From Octopus vulgaris (taxonomy: Eukaryota), in NCBI GenBank assembly GCA_951406725.2, contig OX597823.1:4402001-4466000 (forward strand): DNA of 64,000 nucleotides, read 5' to 3'. The first letter of the stretch is position 1. The number at the start of each line of letters is the position of its first letter. Below, piece after piece: positions 26,240 through 39,497 of the stretch. Below the pieces are notes generated by a model. It made no database searches and had not been told where the DNA came from. It was given only the letters and a program-made list of their open reading frames with translations. A program made the translations under genes and the position numbers.

Positions 26240-27206
26240 CACCTGACTGTCGTCTGTGTCAGTGATACATAAAAGCACCATCTGATCGTAGCCGTTTGCC
26301 AGCCTGCTCTGGCTCCTGTGCCGGTGGCATGTAAAAAAAGCACCCACTACACTCACGGAGTGGTTGGCGTTAGGAAGGGCATCCAGCTGTAGAAACACTG
26401 CCAGATCAGACTGGAGCCTGGTGCAGCCTCCTGGCTTCCCAGACCCCAGTCGAACCGTCCAACCTGTGCTAGCATGGAAAACGAACGTTAAACCATGATG
26501 ATGATGATGATGATGATATATACATATATATATATATATAAAAGCACCATCCGTCCGTGTCCGTTGCCAGCCTCGGCTGGCCCCCGTGCCGGTGACACGT
26601 AAAAGCACCGTCCGCTCGTGGCCGTTTGCCAGCTCTGTCTGGCAACCGTGTCGGTGGCACGTAAAAGCACCATCTGTTCGCGTCCGTTGCCAGCCTCGGC
26701 TAGCCCCCGTGCCGGTGACACGTAAAAGCACCATCCGTTCGTGGCCGTTTGCCAGCTCTGTCTGGCCCCGTGTCGGTGGCACGTAAAAGCACCATCCGTC
26801 CGTGTCCGTTGCCAGCCTCGGCTGGCCCCCGTGCCGGTGACACGTAAAAGCACCGTCCGCTCGTGGCCGTTTGCCAGCTCTGTCTGGCAACCGTGTCGGT
26901 GGCACGTAAAAGCACCATCCGTTCGTGTCCGTTGCCAGCATCGCCTGGCCCCGTGCCGGTGACACATAAAAGCACCATCCGTTCGTGGCCGTTCACCAGC
27001 TCTGTCTGGCACCTGTGCAGGTGGCACGTAAAAAACACCCACTACACTCGCGGAGTGGTTGGCGTTAGGAAGGGCATCCAGCCGTAGAAACACTGCCAGA
27101 TCTGACTGGGCCTGACGAAGCCTTCCAGCTTCACAGACCCCAGTTGACCCGTCCAACCCATGCTAGCATGGAAAACGGACGCTAAACGATGATGATGATG
27201 ATGATG
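26240..27206 (+). mobile_element. Two tandem RTE 3' UTR fragments; the second has eight ~61-bp tandem units (26540-27030)
   Basis: AAAAGCACC recurs every 60-62 nt; both fragments end in (GAT)n. Confidence 0.85.
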
Positions 27207-27237
<31 letters not shown>

Positions 27238-29109
27238 CATGCACATACACATACACTCACAACATTCAGCTCTGAAAACCTTAAATTGATTCCCCTTTTT
27301 GCCTGGAGCCATTTCAACTGCCTTCTTTTATCAAGTTTTGCTTTCTCCAGACATTGCACTTGTTACATACACAGACTTTCCACCAGTTTTATCATTGTGC
27401 ACTTTATTATTTTTGCCTCTGCCTTAGCGAAGGCAGAGGTATTGTTTTTAGTTGCATTTGTTTGTTTGTCCATGGACAAAATATCTCAAGAACCACTGGA
27501 TAGATTCAGATGAAACTTTCAGGGATGTTTCGCCTCGTGGCTGGCACAAACTGATTAGATTTGGGGATCGATCTGGTGCTGGACAAGGATTCTGGATTAT
27601 TTTTCCGTTTTTTTTTTTACTTAATTTCTGAGAGTGGTTGGGTTCATTATTAGTATTCTCGTTTGTGAGAGCAGTTGAGTTTATTTCAGATATTCTCATT
27701 TTAAAAATCTTCTCCGGCTGATCGTTGAGAAGATGTTGGTGTTGCCTTGGCAGAGGTCTGCTCGCTCTGAGTGCTCTTGTTTCTATTATTGCACTTTTGC
27801 ATTGGTGCTTCTTCCCAAATACCACAATTCTTCTTAGCTTCACCTTCTCCTCACACTTGCATCCGTTACCTTCTCACCCCCCCCCCACCTTCCTTGTACA
27901 TAAAATACAATTACACGTACATACCATCCTCCCATCTCACCACGCTCCCATACTTGCACACACCCCCATACCCTCACACACCTACACACCTCTCTCTAAG
28001 CTCATCTCTACACATGGATATACTCCTACATAGGCACACATCACCCTACTCCCTCCTTCTTAAACCCACCCCACCCCATAGAATTGCCTCCCCATTACCT
28101 CTCATTCTCATCTTTTGTTTTTCCTTTCCCATCTCTCTTCCAGCATCCATCAAAACATTCAGACTCTTTTCTTTCTTTGTAAGCATTAAAGTAATTCATT
28201 TATTAAAACTTGTTTCCCACCCCAACTCCATGCTGTCTTCTTTCTGTATTCATTGTTCTCCTATACATACATACATACATACATACATACATACATACAT
28301 ACATACATACATACATACATACATACATACATACATGTGTGTGTATAATACAAATAATATACAAATATATGCATAATATACATACATATATGTACATACC
28401 TACATATACATGCATATATGGGTACAGGACATCAAAAAAATGTTGAACACAATGAGGAACGAAAACATAAAAACAAAAACATAGAAACAAACCTTTTTTC
28501 GAACAACGAAAAAAACAAACAGAGAAACGAGTCATACAACATAAAGAATATTCCCCTTCTTCGTAGTTGTCCCTGTTTCATCTACTCCACGTGACGAAGG
28601 CAAGGACAAGATGCAACTTCATTGAAACAGTCCTTCTCGCAAAGCAAATTAAATAAAATTTGGGATTTTTTGCAGAGGATGAAACGGGTAACAAGAACAG
28701 GACAATGGGAACAAAACAGTAAAAACAGTAAAAGACGGGACAATGGGAACAAAAAAGTAAAAACAAACGATGAGGGCCGTTAAGCCAAGATGATGGAAAA
28801 ATTATTCTGAACGTTTAAGGAGACGAGCTTATGAAGAGACAGTATAAGCCCATTTAGTCTTTGCAAAGGTACCTTCACAAAGTTATTTCCATTTCCATGA
28901 CTGTTAAATTCTTAGCGTTTTCTTCTATTTCAGTTCTTTTTTTATTCAGTTTGACGTTATTCTTATTCTGAATATTTACTTTCCCAATCTTATTAGAATA
29001 GCTTTTATTGAAATTTTGATATTTTTTCGTAATGAGCTGCTGTTATTTGGGCAATGGTTCTACTGTTAGAATAAACCATATGGATCTTGTGTTTGTTTTA
29101 ACTACAAAG

Positions 29110-29183
<74 letters not shown>

Positions 29184-29324
29184 TCTGTGTGCGTATACAT
29201 ACATACATACATACATACATGCATGCATAAACACACACACATACATATATGTTTCAAAATGTAACTGCATGTGCATCAATGGCGATTTTCTTCCTCCGTC
29301 TTCCCTTCCTTTGGACTTTCCTCT

Positions 29325-29360
29325 ATTTCTGAAGAAGAGCATTGGCTCGAAACATTAAAT
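29325..29360 (+). ncRNA. Minimal hammerhead ribozyme-like motif in Penelope-type repeat remnant
   Basis: ATTT-CTGAAGA-AGAGC-ATTG-GCTC-GAAA-C-ATT-AAAT. Confidence 0.55.
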
Positions 29361-29602
29361 TCTCTTTCCTTCCTTTCCTGAGCATCTGATAATACGTCCT
29401 CGTGTTATTGCTTTTTCTTGTTTGTTCTTTTTTGTTTGCATTCACTATATCATCATTCATTTAGCGTCCGTTTTCCATGCTAGCATGGGTTGGACGATAT
29501 ATATATATGTGTGTATATATAAATATATGTATGTATGTATATATGTATTACATACTTACATATATATATATGTGTGTGTATACATGTATGTATGTATATT
29601 AT

Positions 29603-29633
<31 letters not shown>

Positions 29634-29711
29634 TATGTATAGTGTACATTTCCAGAATGGTAAGGTTAACGTGTAAAGTATTCCACCTGGTGAGAGATAA
29701 TAAACACAATA

Positions 29712-29960
29712 TATGTTTTTATGTGCTACTGTTAGTTTCATGTGATGAAAGTATGCCAGAAAGTGTTATTGAATATGTCTGGTGCACTAGTGCACTCTTC
29801 AGGCACTGCCCACAGAGCATAACAAGCCAAAAATAGGACAATAGGATGAGAGAGAAACAAGAAAGAAGATATATAAAAGGTGGAAGACACCAGGTGTGTT
29901 AAAAATACTGTCTGGCATGCTTTCATCACCTGAAACTAAATAGTAGCACATAAAAACATA
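29712..29960. repeat. Inverted-repeat (MITE-like) element
   Basis: tatgtttttatgtgctact...tgatgaaagtatgccaga pairs with tctggcatgctttcatca...agtagcacataaaaacata. Confidence 0.75.
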
Positions 29961-29974
29961 ATATAAATATACAC

Positions 29975-30862
29975 ACACTGGTTGTGGTGACTATATTGTC
30001 GTCTAAGTGAAGCAAAAATGAAAATAACACTCACAACTCATTTTAAAAGATATATTTACCAAAATTACATAAAAATATCTTGAAATACTAAAGAGTAAAT
30101 TTATTCAATAAAATCGCCATTGGCTTCAACCACGGCTTCCAGATGACTTCGGAATCTCCTGCAACTCTTCTGGATAGTCTCCTTGTTTAAGTTGGTGAAT
30201 GCTGCCATAATCCTTACCTTCAGTTCATCTTTGGTGTTACAAGGAGTTTTGTTAGTCTCTTGCTCCACTGTGCCCCCACACATAATAATGAAGGAGTTAC
30301 AGTCTGAGGAGTTAGGTGGCCAGATGTTAAGGGTGATGTGGTTGCAGAAATTGTCTGACTGCCATAACTGGGTTCTCCTGCTTGTGTGGGATGGTGTAGA
30401 GCCCTGTTGCCAGACATAGGGTCTTCGAGCAGCCACTCTCTTGACCCAGGGCAGTACTACCTCCTCCAGGTACTTGATGTAGGCATGTGTGTTCAGTCTG
30501 AGGCAGTGTGGGAAGATGAATGGAGGCATAATGTTGGCACCACTAGTGATCACACTAAACACCATGATGTTGACTGGATGTTTGATTTTTATCACTGTTG
30601 GTACATGTTTTGGGAACATGGCAAGTCAACAGTTGTTCTGTGTGTGTTTACCTTTGTTCATAGTGGAGCTTCCAGCATGAATGTCAAGCAATACAGCATG
30701 TCATTTGCAAATTTCTGGCAGAGTGAATTGCAGCATGACACTGTTTTTCTCACAGACAGTGCCCAACTGACCCTACTATACTGTGTAGTCAACAAAATAA
30801 AAAGCAAACAATGTGCATGTGCGAAATTAAGAATATAAAATGGTGACAATTTACCCATTGTG
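29975..30862 (-). mobile_element. Internally deleted Tc1/mariner transposon, DD37D (maT)-like transposase pseudogene (30101-30619)
   Basis: KHPVNIMVF, YVWQQGSTPSH (degenerate QQDxAPxH), WPPNSSDCN, CRRFRSHLEAVVEANGDFIE. Catalytic Asp lost. Confidence 0.85.
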
Positions 30863-30923
30863 TGTGTGTGTGTGTGTGTCTGTGTCTGTGTCTGTGTCTC
30901 TGTGTGTGTGTGTGTGTGTGTGT

Positions 30924-31001
<78 letters not shown>

Positions 31002-31231
31002 CATTGTTTTAACATCCTCTTTCCCATGCTTGCACGGGTGAGATGCAAATCTCTGAAGCAGACCTTTTATCCAAAATTACTAAGGGACACACACATACAC
31101 TTTCACATCACTCATCACACATTGCTCTCCTCTGCCAACACTCTCTCCAAAAACAAGCGATACATGAATGTTGGCTAAATTATAAAGCATGAAGCAAGGA
31201 AATGACCTGACCCTTTTTACTCTCTTCCTAG

Positions 31232-31410
31232 TTGTTTGGCCAGCCCAATGTAAGGCTACAGCTACTGAGAAAAAGACTGGACTGAGTGCGACTTGTGAGA
31301 GGCTGAACCCTAAACTAGCCATCGAATGCGCAGTATTGAAGGCAGCCAACTTGATGAAGAGAGTTGCAGAAAAACTGGATGAAACAACATCAGATTCAAG
31401 AAGATTTTGA
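31232..31410 (+). CDS. Gene 1 terminal exon B ((F)VWPAQCKATATEKKTGLSATCERLNPKLAIECAVLKAANLMKRVAEKLDETTSDSRRF*)
   Basis: ctgac branch-point-like motif, acceptor ctttttactctcttcctag, phase 1, same Cys motif and same 17-nt offset to the first Cys codon, TGA stop. Confidence 0.82.
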
Positions 31411-31580
31411 CTTTTCCAATGGGCTAACAAATAGGAATATATAATTTACATACACAGATACGTACGTACATACATATATACATCCATCCAACCATATATA
31501 TATATATGTGTGCTTTATAGATGTGAAACCCAGGATAATTCCATAGACCAGCCTTATCTGTCTTTATATATATATATATG

Positions 31581-31626
<46 letters not shown>

Positions 31627-31633
31627 TATATAC

Positions 31634-31693
<60 letters not shown>

Positions 31694-31765
31694 ATGTGAC
31701 CTCGTGTGTACCGTTGGCGATTTTTTTCCTCCGTCTTCCCTTCTCTGGATCTTTCCTTCTCCTAT

Positions 31766-31800
31766 GTTTCTGACAAAGAGCTCCGCTCGAAACGTTAAAC
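31766..31800 (+). ncRNA. Minimal hammerhead ribozyme-like motif (core G8>A, probably inactive)
   Basis: GTTT-CTGACAA-AGAGC-TCC-GCTC-GAAA-C-GTT-AAAC. Confidence 0.5.
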
Positions 31801-31909
31801 CCTCCTTCTTTCCTTCTTTCCTTCCTTCCTGAGTGTCCAATAATACTATATTTGTTCCACGTCCTCGCGTTGTTGTGTTTTCTCTTTGTGTTTTTATGTT
31901 TGGATTAAC

Positions 31910-31968
<59 letters not shown>

Positions 31969-32018
31969 ATGTAGTGATACATTAAATGTTTATAACTTCC
32001 ATCCTAGGATTATTTTTG

Positions 32019-32100
<82 letters not shown>

Positions 32101-33774
32101 TTATATACACATATATATAAGTGCATGTGTGTGTGTATCTGTGTGTAGATATATAAAATGCACTCATATATATGTACCTATACATGTTCATGTATGTATA
32201 CATGTTTGTATGAATGCATACATGTATGTACATACACACACACACCAGCATATCTATATAAAATCATACACAAGTAATTTTGAGTGCCAGTAATTCACTG
32301 AATGCACACATACAGACACCTCTATCTCTCTCTATGTATATATATACACATACACACACACACACATATTTAAGATACAGAAATAGTTTATTCTCAAATG
32401 CATGATAATGCTGATACAATAGCCTGAACAGGATAAACTATCCATATATTATAGGAAAAATCGTTACCAGCCAGCCATGAGACTTGAACTCACATCGCTG
32501 TGATCACGCGTAATAAACTTTAGTTGAAAAGTCTTTGGCCAGTGATTTTAGTATTTCTAGATTAAGTCAGTTCTATTTCCTGATTCCATGTGTGTCAGGG
32601 TTTCTATCTGTGTCTTGGGCAGTTGTGGTTTGCTGATTGACAGAGTTCTGGGGTATGGAGGAAAAGAGAATAGGATGCTGTGGAATTTGTGTGTTCTCCA
32701 ACAATATCAGGGTGGGGGAAACCTTTAGAACATTGAAAGAAAGAAAGAAAGAAGGAAGAGAGAAAGAAAGAAAAAAGAAAGAAAGAGAGAGAGAGAGAGA
32801 AAGAAAGAAAGAGAGAGAGAGAAAGAAAGAAAGAAAAGCGGTGGTTGTGACATTTATGCATTTCCCAGGAATATTTGTGCAGTATTTGAAGTCAGTCCAT
32901 TTAAGTTTGCAATCTCCCTCATACATTTCATTTATCAACAATCCAGCTCTGTACTAATATTAACCATCCACAGGCAAAGGTTTTCATAGTAAAAAAAAAT
33001 CCCTTTTTTTTTAAAATGTAAAATTGGAGTCATTCCTTTGACTCCAATTTCCTTATAAAAACAGAAACAATTTCTTAAACCAAAAAAAATGTTAAAATAG
33101 GTGCCATCATACTTTTATGGTTTTCATTGGAAATTAGTTTTGATGAGAATAGTTTTTGGATAATTCTTAACCCTTTTGATACCAACCCACTTGAGCCCAC
33201 CCTTGGGGTCTATGATACAAACTTTCAGTTTTAAAGTGATCTAAAATGAAACTTTCAGTTTTAAAGTGATCTAAAATGAAACTTTCCATTAAAATTTAAA
33301 GTTAATTTATGTCCTAAACATGAGTTTAATAATGACAAAGTTATATTAATAAATTCTCCATTATTTTTAAACTTAATTAAAACAGCAGCAGTGTATTTCA
33401 ACAGGAATATGGTGTCGAAAGAGTTAAGTTTTGCTTCGAAAACGTCTACCAATTGGTAATTGGATACATTTATGGATATAGTAATGGAATCAACAACCTT
33501 CAAAACCAATCAGTGACCAATGACAGAAATTCTAGGAAGAATAGCAGAAAGTTTTCAGAGAAGCCTCACCCTATCCCAAGCCAGTGTTTTGGCCCTTGGC
33601 TCCTTATATACTTAGGAGGGTCAGGCTGAATCCAGATTATGACTTCCAGATGCTCCTCTTCTGCCGCATTCTATGCTACTATCTGAACTGCAACCTGCGC
33701 CTTTCTGGTTGGTCAAGCTGCCCCAGAGCTAAAATACCTTGGATGTTATAACCTCTTCTGACGCTCACTTTCAT

Positions 33775-34180
33775 TCCTTCTTGACCAAATCCAGATGCAA
33801 CTGCACCCAGAATCTTCTGCCATGGCCTTAATGGCTCTGGTTCTCTTTCAACCAGAAAATTAGAACCATTTCATGAGATAATTGGCAGATTAGCCTACAG
33901 ACCTTCTCACTCCCATCCATATGGCAAAGACTTTGGTCTGGAAGCCTGATTTTCTCAGCATTATGACATTTTTCAGTCTTGTAGATATGGTTTCCTCCAT
34001 TCCGCTTTCATGTGGCACAATTTCTGATTGAATTTATTCCACCAGAATTACTTGTTTTGATGAAAGTGAGTAAAATACAATGTCCAGTCTCACTGAGTTG
34101 GTTTGTAGAAGGTTTCAGCTGTGGACTCATGCAACTTGGCTGTCTTGATAGTCTTCCCATCTTTCAGAGCAAAACTGGGT
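33775..34180 (-). mobile_element. Degenerate HERO/R2-superfamily non-LTR element, C-terminal endonuclease
   Basis: Reverse frames read RLDIVFYSLSSKQVILVE..VPHESGMEE..GFQTKVFAI..IKAMAEDSGCSCIWIWSRR. Confidence 0.6.
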
Positions 34181-34788
34181 TTGTAGCAGAGAGAAAGGTG
34201 ACTTCATGCCAGGTGTTGAGAGAGTAAAACATGACAGAGGAGCAGGTACAGGTGTCTTGCTATGGAGGAGATCGATGACAACAGCATATTACATAAGGTT
34301 TGGGTGCAGGTTGCTGGAAAGATGATTAAATATGTTGGTAACGCAGAATCCAGGCAAACATTCAAGGTACAAGAAGTTGAACAGGAGAAAGGCTGAAGGC
34401 AGGGTGTTTGGAGGGGGGTGGGTAGTGATGTCAGAAACATGTGGGAGTGGAGCAATGGATGGTTAGAGGTGGGGGTAGAGGTGAATGTAGCGAACGGTCA
34501 TCAAGAATATTTTAATATTCTCTAGAATGAAATATTAAATCAAGACAACTTACTAACATGTTTTTACAGAGACCATTGTTAAGGTTAAGGCCTGAGTCAG
34601 CTCTGATTGAGTTGATCTTTGAGGGCAGAGGTTCCCTACGTGACCATTTCTTCTTTTCATCTCTGCATATAATATATTTAAGCCCACATTCTCAAATAGC
34701 CAACAATGTCCTTCCTACTTTGAATCGTTAGAACTATGATTTCTATGGCCTTCTCTAATCCCATGTAACATGTTTGCGTCTGTTTCAG

Positions 34789-34949
34789 TGCGAAGCTTCC
34801 TGAAATGTAAGGCCACAGTCACTGAGAAACAGACTGGTCTTGCTGGTACTTGTCAGAAGCATTATCAAAAGGAAGCGATTCAGTGTGCAATGGCAAAAAC
34901 TGTCAAACTCCTTCGGGAACTCATAAAGAAAATCGATGCAGGCGCTTAA
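34789..34949 (+). CDS. Gene 1 terminal exon C ((L)RSFLKCKATVTEKQTGLAGTCQKHYQKEAIQCAMAKTVKLLRELIKKIDAGA*)
   Basis: Not in the ORF track; read manually. Acceptor tctgtttcag, branch-like ctctaat, phase 1, same motif, TAA stop. Confidence 0.85.
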
Positions 34950-35085
34950 AACACACACACACACAAGATATTAATATATAATATATAATTATATACATAT
35001 AATCATATATAACCATATATATATATATACATATATAAACTATCTTTTATCCTTCTCTCCCTCTTTCTCTTGGTCTCTCTTACAT

Positions 35086-35162
<77 letters not shown>

Positions 35163-35353
35163 GTGTATATTAATTACTGGTGAAGGCTGGCTTCTAATGT
35201 TATAGTAATTAATATAGACTGCTCTACTTTGTAAGAGTGGGTTTCTCCCCATTTATGTTTTTCTAAAAAAACAATTATATATATATATATATATAAATGT
35301 AAGATCCAGGGACCAAGGTGTAGGTGTGTGTATATATATGTATATATATGCGT

Positions 35354-35406
<53 letters not shown>

Positions 35407-35471
35407 CACACTCACAGATTCTTTTGCCTTGTTCAACTGAAGATGTCTTAATAAAATAATGATTTTAATAG

Positions 35472-35477
35472 AATAAA
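35472..35477 (+). terminator. Candidate polyadenylation signal of terminal exon C
   Basis: AATAAA in context tagaataaaa, conserved in the homologous 3' flank of exon D. Confidence 0.5.
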
Positions 35478-35676
35478 ATTGATTTTATCTAAAATCCATA
35501 ATCTTATAAAATTGTTGTTCATGGTGTTCTGATGACTTCAGAAATCTTTCACAAAATCAGACGAGTAAAGTTTAAGCTGTGTCAACGCATGCAACATGGT
35601 TAACGGGATTTTCTTCACAACATCATTCAGGCCAGAATTCTGTTTTGTTGGTTATTGGTAGGGAACTTTAAGGATC

Positions 35677-36031
35677 CCATTGCACCCATCTAACACCCGT
35701 GGACATATTTACAAAGTCAGAAAACAGCACAGCTCCCATGACTTTAGGAAACATTTTTTCACGCTAAGTGTTGCTGAAATATGGAACAAACTGCCGGCAT
35801 CAGTTGTTAGTTGTCGGAGCACTGCATCCTTCAAAACTTCCATGCTTCCTGAGATTCGCCAACACTACACCTGATTTTCTCCCCTCCATACACACGCAAG
35901 CATGTATCTGACTCATACATTGTTCTCTTTCCAGACATTTTTACATTACTGCATATACTCTATATGCACTTTCTGACAAGTTGTGGTGCACCTGAGCACT
36001 GTATACAATAATTTCATTATTATTACTATTA
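35677..36031 (+). mobile_element. CR1/L2-clade LINE 3' end with 10-bp target-site duplication
   Basis: TRGHIYKV..RKHFFTLSVAEIWNKLPASVV..SFK, (ATT)n tail, TTTAAGGATC at 35667-35676 and 36032-36041. Confidence 0.88.
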
Positions 36032-36272
36032 TTTAAGGATCAAACAAAACTGCATTCTTACTTTTCCCATTTTGAACACACAAACATTATTCTCAAATTA
36101 TTTGTTCAGGCTCTTTACATTTTGAGATCAAATCCCACCAAGGTCATCTTTGCCTTTCATTTCTCTAGGTTGACAAAGTACCAGTTAAATACTGGGGTTG
36201 ATGTAATCAGTTCATCTCCTCCCTTCAAAAATTGCTGTTTTTCTGCCAAAATCAGAAAAAAATTGTTAGTAT

Positions 36273-36450
36273 AGGCACAGGAGTGGCTGTGTAGTAAATA
36301 GCTTGCTTACCAACCACAGGGTTCTGCGTTCAGTCCCACTGTGTGGCACCTTGACAAGTGCCTTCTACTATAGCCTCAGGTTGACCAAAGCCTTGTGAGT
36401 GGATTTGGTAGACGGAAACTGAAAGAAGCCTATTGTATATATATGTGTAT

Positions 36451-36483
<33 letters not shown>

Positions 36484-37165
36484 CATATCAATCAAATCAA
36501 ATCAAACCAAATCAAAATAGATGAACATCAATGGAATTTGTATCCTTGTGGTACCAGTGCCGGTGGCACATAAGAAAACCATCTGAACGTGACCGTAGCC
36601 AGTACCGCATCGACTGGCCTCCGTGCTGAGGGCACGTAACAAACACCATCCGAGCGTGGCCGTTCGCCAGCCTCGTCTGGCACCTGTGTCGGTGGCACAT
36701 AAAAACACTATCCGAGCGTGGCCGTCTGCCAGCCTCGTCTGGCACCTGTGTCGGTGGCACATAAAATCACCCACTACACTATCGGAGTGGTTGGCGTTAG
36801 GAAGGGCATCCAGCTGTAGAAACACTGCCAGATCTGACTGGCCTGGTGCAGCCTTCGAGCTTGCCAGACCCCAGTTGAACCGTCCAACCCATGCTAGCAT
36901 GGAAAGCGGACGTTAAACGATGATGATGATGATATATATATATATATACATAAGTTTGTATATGATTGTGTGTCTGTGTTTGTCCCCTCAACATCGCTTG
37001 ACAACTGATGCTGGTGTGTTTATGTCCCAGTAACTTAGCAGTTCAGCAAAAGAGACCGTTAGAATAAGTACTAGGCTTGCAAAGAATAAGTCCTGGTGTT
37101 GATTTGCTCAACTAAAGGCATGGCAGCAGTCAAATGACTGAAACAAATAAAAGAATAAAAGGATT
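36273..37165 (+). mobile_element. SINE family 1 copy split by a nested RTE 3' UTR fragment (36500-36930)
   Basis: SINE halves flank an RTE tail inserted in the internal microsatellite. Confidence 0.8.
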
Positions 37166-38194
37166 ATTTTTTTAAAAAGGCACCAATCTGGCAGAATTGC
37201 TGAGGTGTTGGACAAGTCACTTAGCAATATTTCTCCAGGCTCTTTACATTCGGAGGTCAAATTCCGCCCAGGACAACTTTGCCTTTCATCTTATCACAGT
37301 CAATAAAATAAGTATCAGTTGAGCACTGGGGTGTGTGTAATCAACTTAGCCCCTCCCCTTCAAATTGCTGGCTGGACTCACACCAAAAAGTGAAACAACA
37401 ATTTTTAGAATAGGTACTGATGATCTCTAAAAAGAATGAAATAGTGCCACACATGATTACCACAGACTGGAAATTTTAAGAAGTCCATTTTAAGTAAAAA
37501 AAGAAAAAATGAAATACCTGAATTCTTTGCATCTTCTTTCTTAAATTTCCTTAATTTCAATTTCAATTTTCTAATCCGGTTCTGAACCATAATCTAATGA
37601 TTATCTCCTGTGTAATAGCTGTTACTACTAGAGGGACCACGTGAATTATACCAGGCATGGGTAGCTTTTTTTTTCAAGAAGTGAGCAGCATGAGGCATGA
37701 ATCGCCATCAGGTGGGCCATACTACTAAGAAAATTCAAGGTAACTTTCATTGAAGGTGCACTTCAGAGAAACCTGTAGGTTGTAGATTGTCCTGACTGAG
37801 TTAGACAATCAGTTTTACAATACCTGCCAGGAGTGGAGATTCTTAACCTTGATTTTCTAAAAATCATTCCATAACTGCCAAGAATGCACAGATACAAACA
37901 CCACCTGAAATATTAGTGATTCAATGTAGAAATATTAAAAAACCCAAAGTATATTTCAACTAAGGTGATACAGAGATGGATACAGGTGTACACACTCACA
38001 CCCAAATTTAGTGTGCGTGATTATATGTATGTTTGTGCATATTCTTATATGCAGATATGTGTGTGTGTGTGTGTGTGTGAAAGAGAGGGGGAGAGAGGGA
38101 GAGGGTTGTATTTAAATGTGTGGGGGGTGGAGATTGTTTTGGATGCTGTGTGACAGTTGAAAACTTGTTTTTCAAAGGTCATTATACCAATAAT

Positions 38195-38244
<50 letters not shown>

Positions 38245-38956
38245 TTCTATTTCATTTTTATTATTATTAGTCAACTGATTAACCATTCAATCAATCATTT
38301 GATTAACTGTTTGGTCAATCAATCAATCAGCTAGGTCTTTTGTCACCATTTGCTGCCTCATCAATGACGTGCTTTCTCTACTCCAGGTTGCTAATGGTAA
38401 CAACAGGACTCGGATAGAACAAGCTGTTTGATTGGTTGACCTAACAATTAATCAAAAAATCAATTAGTTAATTAGTTAAATGGTCAACTAGATGAATAAT
38501 AACAATAAAATAAGTGAAATAGAGCCAGTGCATGTGTTTATTATTGGCATTAGGACCCTCCCAAGATACAACAAAATCTGTTTCAACAGATGATCTCACA
38601 TCAAGAATTTTGGGAACCAAATACAAAAATGAATCAAAATCTTTGTGAATAATAAACATACACTCCTTAAAGAGGTGCCATTCCACAAGAGATAGATAGA
38701 AAAATGGTTTGTATTTCATCATTGGATTTGGTGCTGCTTTTCTATCTCGAAATGGTGTAACACATCATATTGAAAATCTCTTCAGATAATTATTTCAAAA
38801 TTTAATCATTTTAAATCATGTGTGAATGAACGTATGGTGTTATGTAAGTTTTTACTTAAATAAAGCCGTTTGTTTCCATTTTGACTTTTACAATCCTGGT
38901 GTTGCAATGCTTATAGTTTTTCTCTAATTGCAAATATATATTTACATCTGTTTCAG

Positions 38957-39117
38957 TAACTGATTTCAAGAAATGTAAGGCTACTGTGAAAGAAGCACAA
39001 ACCGGTCTCAGTGCTACATGTGAGAAACATTATCAAAAGGAATCAATTGAATGTGCGGCCAAAGAAGTTATTGATCTTCTGCAGGCATTAGTAAAGAAAG
39101 TTCAATCAAGTGCCTAA
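38957..39117 (+). CDS. Gene 1 terminal exon D ((L)TDFKKCKATVKEAQTGLSATCEKHYQKESIECAAKEVIDLLQALVKKVQSSA*)
   Basis: Not in the ORF track; read manually. Acceptor tctgtttcag identical to exon C, phase 1, 30/53 aa identical to exon C by manual count, TAA stop. Confidence 0.85.
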
Positions 39118-39497
39118 TACACATATATATATATATATACACACACTATATTTTTGAGTTGACAAGGCTACCAGTTGTTTCATGCACTGAGAAATCTCTT
39201 GAGTATTATCAAGTCTGCCACATGGGAACGTTGGTAATCATCTCTGAATGAGAATACATGAAGATGTAACAGGCTTGATAAATGTTGAGAGATTTCTCTC
39301 TACATGAAACCATTGGTAGCCTCATTAACCCACAAATAAAGAATATTTATCCAACAATGCAGAGTTGAACACACATTCTTACTGGTTCAATATTAGCAAC
39401 TATATATATATACACACACATACATACATACATACATATATATACACACACACTCAATTTATTTGACTAATGTTTTAATAAGGCAATGATTTCCTAG

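Noticed and set aside
26018-26965. 315-aa ORF, the longest in the track
   Set aside because: Translation of a tandem repeat plus microsatellites.
26540-27030. CRISPR-like regularly spaced repeats
   Set aside because: The whole unit repeats with no unique spacers, the context is eukaryotic, there are no cas genes, and it is part of an RTE 3' UTR.
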